Positions 43,791 through 53,655 of a stretch of 64,000 nucleotides of DNA are shown in pieces. Where the stretch lies: positions 4,030,001 through 4,094,000 of the forward strand of contig CAKKNE010000004.1 in the NCBI GenBank assembly GCA_918797485.1, read 5' to 3'. The translations under genes were made by a program, and so were the position numbers. Position 1 is the stretch's first letter. Every line of letters starts with the position of its first letter. Below the pieces are notes generated by a model. That model had not been told where the DNA came from. It saw nothing but the letters and a program-made list of their open reading frames with translations, and ran no database searches. This DNA comes from Pelagomonas calceolata (taxonomy: Eukaryota).

Positions 43791-44945
43791 TCACGCACTT
43801 CGAACTTCGATCATCCCGTCCGCGAGCGCGACGGCCTCGCGCACGGTCTCGCCCGCGAGCGAGACGCCCCCCTTCAGCGTGAAGAGCTCCGCGCCGTCCG
43901 GGAGCGCGCATTGCGTCTGCGCCGCGTAGCCCTTCCGGAAACCCATCAACAACCGCCGGACCGGCGCGTCCGCCCACGCCGCCGGGACGGTCGCGTCGAT
44001 GGCCGCTCGCGGCTCGCTCAAATAACAAATCTGGACGCGCAGCGGCTTGCTCTTTGATAAGGGGACCGCCGCCTTCTTCGCCGCGCGCTGCCTTTGTACA
44101 TTCGCGCGCAACGCTGAAGCCGCCGCGGAAGCCGCCTCGCGGCGGTCGCGCCGCCGGTCCGCGCGGTCCTTGCTCCGGTCCGCGGCATGAATGGCGGCGA
44201 CGGCCCGCTCCATGGATTGCATCGCCTTGACGGACGCGTCCATCGCAGCTCTAGCGACGAGCTCGGCCGTCGCCGCGCGGACGCGGAGGCCGGTCCGCCG
44301 CTCGTCCGCCGCCCTTTCTTGCTCCGCCTTTTTGATGCGCTCGTGGCGCCCGACGACGTCTCCCAAATGAAGGCGCCGGCTTTTTTCTTTAAATCGCTCG
44401 CAGCGCGCCACCCACGCCTCGTGTTTTTCCTTGCTCCGCGCCTGGCTTTTCGCCTTGTCCCGCTTGCGGCGCCGCGCGCTCGCCTTTATTCGCTTCAAAG
44501 CCTCCTTCCAGTTCCGCTCCATGTTGATGATCGCCTTTTGCCGCGCACTCAGCGGGGGCGGGCAATTTCTCAGCGCCTCTTCCGCGGCCTCGGCCGCGCG
44601 CCGCGCGTCCGCCTCCCTTTTCACCAAACGCGTGGCCTTGCGGTCGGCGGCCTTCGACAGCGCCACGACTTCATCGCGTTTCTTACCCTCGTCGGGCTGC
44701 CACGCGCGCGCGGCGCGGCGTCTCAATTTGGCCGCGACGTGCTCCGCCCGGCGCGCGCGCTGCCGCGCCTCCTCGGCGACCAGTAACGCGCGGGCCAGCT
44801 CCGCCTCGAGCTCCGCCCGCAGTTTCAGCTCCCTAGCCTCCGCCTCGGCCTCCGCCTCGGCCGCCTCCAATGTTAAACGCTCGGCCTCCTCCCAGGCCGC
44901 CTCGGCGGCGTCGAGGTCGACCTCCTCGAGCTCCGCGGCGGCCAT
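43791..44945 (-). CDS. Coiled-coil protein with possible C-terminal ubiquitin-like domain
   Basis: Long E/A/R heptad region followed by a ~80 aa beta-grasp-like end. Confidence 0.65.
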   Translation of the reverse strand: MAAAELEEVDLDAAEAAWEEAERLTLEAAEAEAEAEARELKLRAELEAELARALLVAEEARQRARRAEHVAAKLRRRAARAWQPDEGKKRDEVVALSKAADRKATRLVKREADARRAAEAAEEALRNCPPPLSARQKAIINMERNWKEALKRIKASARRRKRDKAKSQARSKEKHEAWVARCERFKEKSRRLHLGDVVGRHERIKKAEQERAADERRTGLRVRAATAELVARAAMDASVKAMQSMERAVAAIHAADRSKDRADRRRDRREAASAAASALRANVQRQRAAKKAAVPLSKSKPLRVQICYLSEPRAAIDATVPAAWADAPVRRLLMGFRKGYAAQTQCALPDGAELFTLKGGVSLAGETVREAVALADGMIEVRSA

Positions 44946-45302
44946 GCTGCCTCTCTACGACGCGAGCGGCTCGCGGGCTGCCTTAGATTTGAGCTGTGCG
45001 GGTGACGGCGCTCGTAATGGCATGCAAAACAAGTGGTCCCCTTGCTCTTGCTCCTGGCGCACCGAATTGTTTTTTAGGCGCGCGCCCCGCGAGCAGTTGT
45101 CCGGGACGGTTTTCCGAGGCGGTTCTGCTTCGAAGGAGGTATGCTGTTATGGAAACGTGGTTCGCCCGCCGCCGATGAATCGGCGACGCGCGGTGTCTCC
45201 CCCCCCCCAGCCCTGGGCAGGGGCGCCGCCCACTAGTCCTAGCACCGGAAAAATCATGTTCCCCTCGCATAGCTACTCAACGACATCCACTATATACGAC
45301 GC

Positions 45303-46607
45303 CTACGACGACGACGGGCCCTCGCCGGGCTCAACGGACGGCTGAGGCGGCGGCGTCTCGACGGGCTTGGCCGCCGACGTAGGAGGCAAAGGCGGCGTCG
45401 CGGCCGGCTTCTTCTTGAAGAAGGACGTTAGGGTACGTTGCCCGCCCTTGGGCTTGCGCTCGATGGCCACGGGGTCGATGCCCGCCGGTGGATCGACTCT
45501 TTTGTGTTTCTTCGTGCCTCCTAAGGAGACATCCCTTTGATCCCACTTGAACAGCACCTCGTTCGGCCCGCGCGTGCCGTGCTGTCTAAAAGCCCCAGGC
45601 CACTTGTGGTGCAGCAGCTGGATCGCGTGCTGTTCCCGCTCGTCGTTTCTGACGTCGACGGCGCCGCCCGGATTGTCATAATGTTCAAATAGACATAAGA
45701 TGCGGTTCGAGCGACACACGCCACCATGTTCATGTAAGTGTTGCGCCGTATAGTCGTAGTCCTCCTTGAGCATCAGTCGCTCGTCGAATCTTAATGACGT
45801 TCTCTGGACGTCAATCACGAGGAAGTCTCCAACAATGAACAGGTGGGACTGGACCGGGGCGGCCCCGGCCGCCAAGCCCGGGTTCGCGTTCGGAAAGCAG
45901 CCCGCCAGTCGGTGGTCCGTGGCCTTCAACAGAGCATGTAAGAGGGAAGCCGCAGCGACGGGCGTGACCTCTACTTTATCGGCACCTTGCGCGTTCGCGG
46001 CCTTCAGGTCCTTCGGTTTCTGCCACGTGTCCCTGTCGTGGAATTGTTGTAAAGAATCGCCGCACCGAATGATCTCGCAGCGCTTCATGTCGTCGGACAT
46101 CTGGACGCAGCCCAGCTTTCGTTGGCGCGCCTCGTCGAGGGCCCTATTACGACTCTGGCAGAGGCCGCCGCCCTCGACCACACTACCAGAGCAGTTCGCC
46201 TCGTACTCTTCTCTTTCACCGGTGCCGACCAACCAAAGGATCTGCGCCGGGGGCAGGCCGCCCCCAATCAAGCGCGCTTCGACGGTGCGCGCGTTCGCCC
46301 AGCGGCCCTTGGAAATGATGCAGAAGAGTAGGGAGGACGCATCCACTTTATCGGTTCCCAGAATTTTAGCCACGTAGGCGTCGCCCTCCTTGCAGTTTTC
46401 TATCACCGACTCCTTGGTGACCGGTACTTTCGGCTTCTTCTGGGTCTTGGGCTTCTTCGGTTGGGGCTTGCAAATCAGCTCGGCGCTGTTGTCGTCGCTC
46501 TCCGGTGTTGGGGCGCGCTTCTTGGAGTCCGCCTCGGGCTCCGCTTTCTTGGCGCTGGTCTCGGGCGCTTCGCTGGGCTGCACGTTGGCGCTCGTCTCGG
46601 ACATCAT
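45303..46607 (-). CDS. TAGT/JGT-like GT-A glycosyltransferase with C-terminal PIP box
   Basis: IISKGR, SRNRALD, QMSDD and LKEDYDYT...GGVCR motifs; QRTLTSFF followed by KKK at 45440-45417. Confidence 0.65.
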   Translation of the reverse strand: MMSETSANVQPSEAPETSAKKAEPEADSKKRAPTPESDDNSAELICKPQPKKPKTQKKPKVPVTKESVIENCKEGDAYVAKILGTDKVDASSLLFCIISKGRWANARTVEARLIGGGLPPAQILWLVGTGEREEYEANCSGSVVEGGGLCQSRNRALDEARQRKLGCVQMSDDMKRCEIIRCGDSLQQFHDRDTWQKPKDLKAANAQGADKVEVTPVAAASLLHALLKATDHRLAGCFPNANPGLAAGAAPVQSHLFIVGDFLVIDVQRTSLRFDERLMLKEDYDYTAQHLHEHGGVCRSNRILCLFEHYDNPGGAVDVRNDEREQHAIQLLHHKWPGAFRQHGTRGPNEVLFKWDQRDVSLGGTKKHKRVDPPAGIDPVAIERKPKGGQRTLTSFFKKKPAATPPLPPTSAAKPVETPPPQPSVEPGEGPSSS

Positions 46608-46857
46608 TGGTGCGCGCTGCCTGAGGGTTTCGGCTTGTCTGGGCGGTTTTGGGGGCGCAAACGATGCGGTTTTCGACCGGCGCGCGCGAGTGTCAGAGTG
46701 GAGGAGCTCCTGTACAGCGTCTGGCAGTTCCCGGCTCAAAAACAAGGGAGCTAGGCGCCTGATATCAAAAGCGCTCCGAGTTTGAACTAGCGCATATAGA
46801 GATACTAGCGACGCGACCTAATAAAATCGACACGGCCTAAAATACACAATAACTCCA

Positions 46858-48633
46858 CTATAGCCCATACAGCTCCCCGTACTTCGCCGTCAAGTAGTCC
46901 AGGAACGGCGCCGGATCGATGCCGTCGCCCGTAACCGCTCGCAGCAAGTCGTCGGGAGACGCGTAGGTGCTCCCGACCTCGTGGATCTCGGTGCGTAGCC
47001 ACTCGCGGAGCGGCGCGAACTCGCCGCGGCGGATCTGGTCCGAGAGGTCTGGTAATGCGTCCTCGGCCGCGGCGAAGATCTGCGCCGCCATGATCGCGCC
47101 GAGCGTGTACGACGGAAAGTAGCCCACGGCGCCGAAGGACCAGTGGATGTCCTGCAGGACCTGTGTGGAAATCAAATTTCGGGCGCCCCACGCCATCGAC
47201 GCGACCATCGCCATGACCGCTGGTTGATTTCCACACAGCTCTCGACCCCGCTCGCGTCGTCGGGCACATCAACATCAAGGCGCTCCTTCATGTACGCGTT
47301 CCACTGCTGCGGGATGGTCGCGACGTCCAATTCTCCCGCGAACAGAGCCCTTTCTACATCATATCGCAGGAACACGTGGAACGGATACGAGAGCTCGTCC
47401 GCTTCCACGCGGATCAGGCCCGGCTGCACGCGGTTGATGGCGCGGTAGAAGTCCTCGGGGGACGCCTCTTTCGTGTGCGGAAAGGCCTCGTGGAAGAGCG
47501 GCGCGGCGTACTCCCAAAACGCTTTGGATTGCAGGACCATGCGCTCCCACAGCAGGCTTTGGCTCTCGTGCGTGCCCATGGACAGGGCCTTGGAGACCGG
47601 TAATCCGTCGCCGACGGCGTCGCCCGCTCTACCCTGCTCGTAGAGCGCGTGGCCGACCTCGTGGACGGTGCCCGCGAAGCCCTCGAGCCAGTTGCCGTCG
47701 CTATAGCGCGTCGTGATGCGCACGTCCGTCGGACACGCGCCCCCCGTAAAAGGATGGGTCGAGACGTCGAAGCGGCCCTTCGTGAAATCGAAGCCGAGGT
47801 CTGCCGCTACCTTCTTCGAGAGCTCGGCCTGCTTCTCGACGGAGCCCTTCCACCCGGGGTGATCAAAGGCCAAAGCTGGAGGTAATGCGTCGACGTCCGG
47901 CGCGTCGCGCTTCTTGGCAAGCACCGCTTTCAGCAGCGGTTCGAGCCCTTCCCGCGTTTTTGCGAAGATCGCGTCGAGGCGTGATGCGGTCATTCCACGC
48001 TCGAAGGCGTCCAGCGCGCCGTCATACGGCTCGCCGGCCGCACAAACGTCGGGCCGCGTCGTCGCGGCCACCTCGCGCTTTAGGGCGAACATATCCTGCA
48101 AGATGGGTGCGTAGGCCGGGTAATCCGAGGCCTCGCGAGCCTTCTTCCACGCGACCTGCGCGGGCGATGCCGTCGTGTCGCGGCGATGGCGTCCAAGGGA
48201 CGCCGAGTCGCACGAAGCACTCGCTCTCGAGGCGCGCCTCGCGCTCGGCCAGGTCCTTGCTCTTGCGGCTCTCGACGTCGAAGCCCTCGATGGCATCCCT
48301 AACGTTCGCGTTCTCGCGCGCGTCGTCGAGCTTCAAGCCGCGAGCCGCGTCGATGACTTCGGCCATGCGAGCGCTCGTCCGCTTCTCGTGAATGACTCCC
48401 GCCAGCGCCTCCTTCTGTGCCGCGCGAGAGGCCGCGGAACCTTCGCTCATGAAGCATTGCTCATCGTAGGAGAGGATTCCGCTCACTTCTTCTAGTCGTG
48501 CCACCTCGCGCAGCTCCTTTGTCAGCGCGTCGTATGCAGTCGAACGCAGCGCGAGGCCACGACGCTGTGCCAGGCGCTTGGCACCAAACGCCACGGCTTG
48601 CACGAGATACATGCCGAGGAGTGACGCACGCAT
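46858..48633 (-). CDS. Peptidase M32 (carboxypeptidase Taq), organelle-targeted, 3 exons
   Basis: Exons 48633-48214, 48155-47247, 47160-46858; HPF, DVRITTRY, HEVGHALYEQ, HESQS, IRVEADE, G|VLQDIHW and GYFPSYTLG motifs. Confidence 0.93.
47161..47246 (-). mobile_element. Introner-type intron (86 nt) with perfect 15-bp TIRs, no 8-bp TSD
   Basis: GTCGAGAG-CTGTGTGGAAATCAA...TTGATTTCCACACAG; removal restores GVLQDIHW. Confidence 0.9.
48156..48213 (-). other. GT-AG intron (58 nt) in the M32 gene
   Basis: GTGCGA...CGCGCAG; joins LESECF|VAWKKARE in frame. Confidence 0.8.
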
Positions 48634-48885
48634 CGGTTTCGGTGCCCAGAGTATCTGTAAAGTTGCGCGCAAGCGCTGGGTCCAGTAATGCGCAACACGC
48701 GAGCGTCAAAGTGTGCCAGCTTTGATGATGAGGCAGTGAGAGCGAGCAAAGTTTGAGAACCGATTGTGCGGCGACTGGCGAAAGTGGGCACTGACTGCGC
48801 TGTGCTCGATCGCATAGATCATCGAACTCTCGAAGGAGCCAATTTTCAGGGTCGGCAAAGCCGGCACGATAGCAGTGCAGCGACA

Positions 48886-50666
48886 ATGTCCAGCTTTGAT
48901 GCAGCAGCACGACGCTTGCACCCGGACGCCTACGCGCGAGAGGAACCGACTGCACCAGTAGAGAAGAAGGTAGAGAAGAAAAAGAAACAGAAAAAACGGA
49001 AGGCCGCCGAGCCGCTGCCGGCCGTCGGCGACGTCATCGCCGCGCGCGGCCTCCGCAAGGGCGACGACGCGGAAGCGCGAGGCACGGTCACCAAAATTAA
49101 GCGCGCCAAGCGGGACGACAAGAAGAGCAAGCGCGGCGACCGCGTCTACCGTATTGAGTTGGAGGGCGGCGGGAGCCGGAAAACGCGATTGACGCACCTC
49201 GACTGGCGCCTCGTAAGGAAAGACACGAAGAGCTTCCTCGAGACGATGCGCAGCGGCGCCAAGATCGTCGCGCCCATGGTCGGCGGCTCGGAGCTCGCCT
49301 TCCGGCTTTTATGTAGGAGGCACGGCGCCAACGTCGCGTACACGCCCATGCTCGAAGCGTCGAAATTCCTCGACGACGCCGAGTTTAAAACCCAATTCTT
49401 CCAGACTCATGTTGATGATAAGCCGCTCGTGGCGCACTTCTGCGGCAACGACCCGAAGATAGTCGGTGCGGCCTGCAAGGAAGCGGCGAGATTAGGCGCC
49501 GACGCCGTGGACCTGAATCTCGGCTGTCCGCAACGCGTCGCCTATGCGGGCCACTACGGGTCGTACCTCATGAAGCAGGAAGATCGGGAGCTCGTCAAGG
49601 CGATCGTGCGGGCGATGCGGCGCGACACCCCTAAAGAAGTTGTGGTGTGTGTGAAGATACGGCTCATGGACACGCAGCCGGACACGCTGCAATTGGTCGA
49701 GGACCTGCGCGATAGCGGCGCGCAGGTCGTGGCCTTGCACGGGCGGCGACGAGCGACGTGGCACCGCGACGGTCCTGGTCTGTGTGGAAATCATGATCCT
49801 CCATGCCATCGAGCAGAGGCTGTTACGAGGACAACGTCGCGTCGATCGCGTGGGGCGCCCAAAAATTTGATTTTCACACAGGTCCTGGTGCTAGAGATGG
49901 ACCAGCGAACTTGGACGCCATCCGCCAGGTCAAGGAGGCGGTCGGAGACTCCGTGGTCATTGTATCGAACGGGAACGTGAGGAACTGCGGCGAGGCCGAG
50001 GAAGCGTTGGAGCTGACGAAGGCGGGAGGTGTTATGTCGGCGGAAGGTTTATTGAACGACCCCGCTTTATTTGAAGACGCCGTCTGTACTGATGTAAACG
50101 AAGAACGCCTCCGGAAAATTGCGCTAGCGCTAGAATACCTGGACCTCGTCGACGCGCACGGGAACCCCGCCGGCTATCGATCCATAGCGTTCCACTGTCG
50201 GAGAATAGCGAAGGACGCGCTCGACGCGTACGATGCCTTGGATGAGCTGTTGGACGGCCCCGATGTCGCGGCGGCGAGAAAAGTTCTCGAACGGTGCCGC
50301 CAGTACTGTACCGGGGAGAAAAATTATGAAGAGGACGCCGCGAAGAAAGCATCAGCCAAAAAGCGCGCCGCCGATAGATTAAGAACGCGCGAGGCCCGGA
50401 AACGCTTCGAGGGCCGCATGATACGCAAGGCGAAGCGCGAGGGCAAGGCGCTCGATTTTTATGTCAAACAAGGTCTGGACAAGCCGTCGCCGGATGATTT
50501 AAGGAAGCTACGCTCCATAAAGGACGAAAAGGCGCGACTTGCCGCTTGGAACGCCAAGCACCGCCAGCACTGCATCGCGTTCCATCTGTCGTCGTGCAAG
50601 CGGGGCGACTCGTGCGCGTTCCTCCACGATGCGGTGGTGGAGAGCGCCGATCTCGTGAGCGGGTAG
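48886..50666 (+). CDS. tRNA-dihydrouridine synthase (DUS1-like) with C-terminal CCCH zinc finger, 2 exons
   Basis: APMVGGSELAFR, DLNLGCPQ, VKIR, SNGNV, GVMSAEGLLNDP; C-x6-C-x5-C-x3-H finger; exons 48886-49771 and 49882-50666. Confidence 0.92.
49780..49881 (+). mobile_element. Introner element (102 bp) with perfect 8-bp TSD; intron 49772-49881
   Basis: GTCCTGGT-CTGTGTGGAAATCA...TGATTTTCACACAG-GTCCTGGT; donor GT comes from the TSD, acceptor AG from the TIR. Confidence 0.93.
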
Positions 50667-50812
50667 TAAGGCTCCTGTTTGTGTGTACTATTGCTACCCG
50701 GGGGCCCGCGGCGTCCGGACGTCGCGGTGGTGGCGTCCGGGCGAACGCACGCCACCGACGCGGCTCATCACTCACCGCCGGATAGAGTGTCCAAGACTAC
50801 AAAGAAACATCC

Positions 50813-52447
50813 TTACCGGGCGCACGTCGTTTTATTAGCCACGAGCAACTGCGGATCGAGGGGCATCCGCCTATTCAGATCGCGCTGCAACTCCCCAAAC
50901 CGGTCGAACTGGTGCACGACCGGGTACACCATCCCGCTCTCGTCGCGCACCTCCCCGAAGGTATCGTAGGCCACATCTAACGAGTTGCAGATCATCCCGA
51001 AGGTCGAGCCGAATTCTGTGGTCGATAAAGAGACGGCGTGGTCCAGCCGATTCAAATAAATGAGCTCCGTGAAGGTCCCCTGGTCGTAGCCCGCGCCGCA
51101 CGCCTCCACCACGGCATCCGACTTGCGCACGATCTCGAGCATGGTACTAACATCGGCCAGAAAAGCCCCGGAATTGATGGGCGGCACGTCCCGAAACTGT
51201 TCCCAGCCCGTGGGACAATGTCTAGGATAATGGTCCGCGTGGATGTGTTTCCGATCTTCGATGGTGAGAGAAGCCGTCTCCGTCGATGCTGTCAAACCTG
51301 AACAAGCAGAATACGCAAACGGATCCCGCTGGAAGTACAAGTCCCGCACGTCGGCGAACATGGCCCGATCGTACCTCGACCCGAACTCCAGGAGGTAACA
51401 GTACATGAATGTGAACTTGTAGTTCTTGATGAGCGGTCCGGGGAACGTTCTTTTCAACTCACGCATGTGGGGCCGTTGCATGATCTCCTCGACCTTCGTG
51501 TTACCTGTTAATGAGGCAAAGTACTCCAGGATCCGAGCGCCGTACCTTCGTCCCACGGCCAATAACGCGGCGTGGGCGCGGTGCGTGAACACTACTGCGT
51601 CTGCCGTACTTCCCGCCTCCCTCAGTGACCTCATAAACGCATACAGTGTAGAAGCGTCGTCATAGTTGTAGACCGAAAAAATCACGTCGCGCGTCGCGCC
51701 GCACTTCTGTTTCGACTGGAAGAGCTTTGGTCTCCTCGAAACCATCTGCTTGGCCATGGTCTCGCGCGACGACCACCTTTCTCTTCCTAGGCCTAACGCC
51801 GTCCACTTCTTTTTGGTTTTGGGCGACGTGTTCCTCGCCCGATTGTCATTTTTTCTGAGTTGATACCTGGTATAAATTTTGGATGCTTTGGTACAGCCAC
51901 TTTCGGTGAGTCGTTTCGCATCGAACACCACTGGCACTAAAGTGTTGCCTTGAATAACATCGCCGAACGCGTCCTGGCACAGCGCATCACATGTATGTCT
52001 GGTAGAAATATGTTTGGCCGCACCATGGGCGTAGAGCGAGACGCAGGGGCCCTCCACGGTCTCGCAGGGCGGGCCGGACGCCGAGCGCTCGAACGCGTCC
52101 AACAGACTGCCCTGGAAGACGACGCCGCGGACGGGCGCCACGACGCCCCGCATGCTGGCCACGGCGCCGCGGCCGGCCTTCGACGCGTCCTGCGTGAGCG
52201 CGCACCAGGGGAAGAGCGCCGCCACCCGCGTGAGCTCCGGGGGTGCGGGCGCGTCCAATTTGATGACCGCGTCGATCTCGGCGCGCGCCCTGCGGCCGAC
52301 GTGCACCATGCCGTAGGAGGCGGAGCGCAGGAACGCGTAGAGGTGCTGGGCCGCATCCGGCGCCGCTGCATCTTTGAGGATGCCGACGACGCGTACGGGC
52401 TCCGCGGCGGCGTGCTGGAGCAGTGCGGCCAGCAGCCATGCGCGCAT
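50813..52447 (-). CDS. Secreted glycosyltransferase-like protein (GT-A fold)
   Basis: Signal peptide; FADVRDLYFQRDPF, INSG, DQG and VVHQFDR motifs. Confidence 0.72.
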   Translation of the reverse strand: MRAWLLAALLQHAAAEPVRVVGILKDAAAPDAAQHLYAFLRSASYGMVHVGRRARAEIDAVIKLDAPAPPELTRVAALFPWCALTQDASKAGRGAVASMRGVVAPVRGVVFQGSLLDAFERSASGPPCETVEGPCVSLYAHGAAKHISTRHTCDALCQDAFGDVIQGNTLVPVVFDAKRLTESGCTKASKIYTRYQLRKNDNRARNTSPKTKKKWTALGLGRERWSSRETMAKQMVSRRPKLFQSKQKCGATRDVIFSVYNYDDASTLYAFMRSLREAGSTADAVVFTHRAHAALLAVGRRYGARILEYFASLTGNTKVEEIMQRPHMRELKRTFPGPLIKNYKFTFMYCYLLEFGSRYDRAMFADVRDLYFQRDPFAYSACSGLTASTETASLTIEDRKHIHADHYPRHCPTGWEQFRDVPPINSGAFLADVSTMLEIVRKSDAVVEACGAGYDQGTFTELIYLNRLDHAVSLSTTEFGSTFGMICNSLDVAYDTFGEVRDESGMVYPVVHQFDRFGELQRDLNRRMPLDPQLLVANKTTCAR

Positions 52448-52723
52448 GGCTGCCCGACTGCGCTACGGCTGCCCTTAGATGGATGCGACTGCGCTGCGGC
52501 CCCGGGCTGCCTCAGACGGCTGCGTCCATCGCTTTTCGAGGCGCACAATAATTTTCGAGGCTCAAGCTAGTGTGTCGACGCTAGCTCTTCACGCAGAGCC
52601 AGGCAAGGGAAAGGCTCTAAACAGCTCGTGTTCGACCCCAAGTCACGCGTGCGCCCACGAGAGGCTGCCCTCAGGCCGCTGCACCACTGCTGCTCAAGTT
52701 AGCTGACACACAGAGCCCACAAA

Positions 52724-53647
52724 ATGGCCACGGTCGAGAAGAAGGTGACGCCCGGGAAGACCGACCCCTTCGGCACGGGAAAGATCCTCGTCACGGACTG
52801 CCTGGACAAGTTCGCCCAACAGCAGTCGGACCCCTTCCTGTTGTTACATCATTTTGGGCCGGCCCATATCAGTGCGATGCCGCAATTTGGGATGCACCCG
52901 CATCGTGGGTTCAACGAGTGCCCCTACCTGAAGCAGGGTCGGTGGCTGGGAACGGATCCCTGGAACATGCGCGGCGAAGGCCAGGACGCGTTGTTCGCCG
53001 AGGGCCAACTCCAGTGGGGCAAGAGCGGCCGCGGCATCGAACATGGCATGAAATTTGATCCAACGTACGACGGCCCCGTGCAAGGCTTCCAGCTCTGGAT
53101 CAATCTCAAGTCTGCGAATAAACTGGACCCGCCGGAGTTCCAGAACGCGCGCGCCGACGCCATGCCGCTGGTCGACGTGGCTCCTGGTGTTCGGGCGAAG
53201 GTCCTGCTCGGCGAGCTCAACGGCCAGGCGTCGCCGGTCGAGACGCAGGGCATCCGCTGTCAATATGTAGACTATGAACTAGAAGCCGGCAGCGAGGCGA
53301 CGCATCCCCGCGCGACGGGCATGAGCACGCTCTTCGTTTATGTGTACGAGGGCTCCGGCACGTTTTGTGGTACCTCGGCGAAAAAGGGCGAGGTCCTCCG
53401 CCTGTCGAGTTCGGGCGACGTGCACGTCAAAGCGTCGTCCAGATTGGGCTTCATGCTCCTCGCCGGGCAACCACTACGAGAGCCCATCGTGCAGCACGGC
53501 CCCTTCGTCATGTCGACGCAAGACCAGATCATGCAGGCCTTCCAGGACTACCACTCGGGCAACTTCCTCGCGGAGGAGTGCACGTACAAGCTCCACACGA
53601 AGGGCAAGACTACTACAACAAAGAGACGCATCGAGGGGCGACGGTAA
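52724..53647 (+). CDS. Pirin-family protein
   Basis: DPFLLLHH, HPHRGF, GRGIEH, QLWINL and EPIVQHGPFVM motifs. Confidence 0.93.
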   Translation: MATVEKKVTPGKTDPFGTGKILVTDCLDKFAQQQSDPFLLLHHFGPAHISAMPQFGMHPHRGFNECPYLKQGRWLGTDPWNMRGEGQDALFAEGQLQWGKSGRGIEHGMKFDPTYDGPVQGFQLWINLKSANKLDPPEFQNARADAMPLVDVAPGVRAKVLLGELNGQASPVETQGIRCQYVDYELEAGSEATHPRATGMSTLFVYVYEGSGTFCGTSAKKGEVLRLSSSGDVHVKASSRLGFMLLAGQPLREPIVQHGPFVMSTQDQIMQAFQDYHSGNFLAEECTYKLHTKGKTTTTKRRIEGRR

Positions 53648-53655
53648 GACTACTA

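Noticed and set aside
50700..50770. Minus-strand ATGAG hairpin 3' of the glycosyltransferase gene
   Set aside because: No correctly placed 3' GA, and the upstream gene has no in-frame TGA
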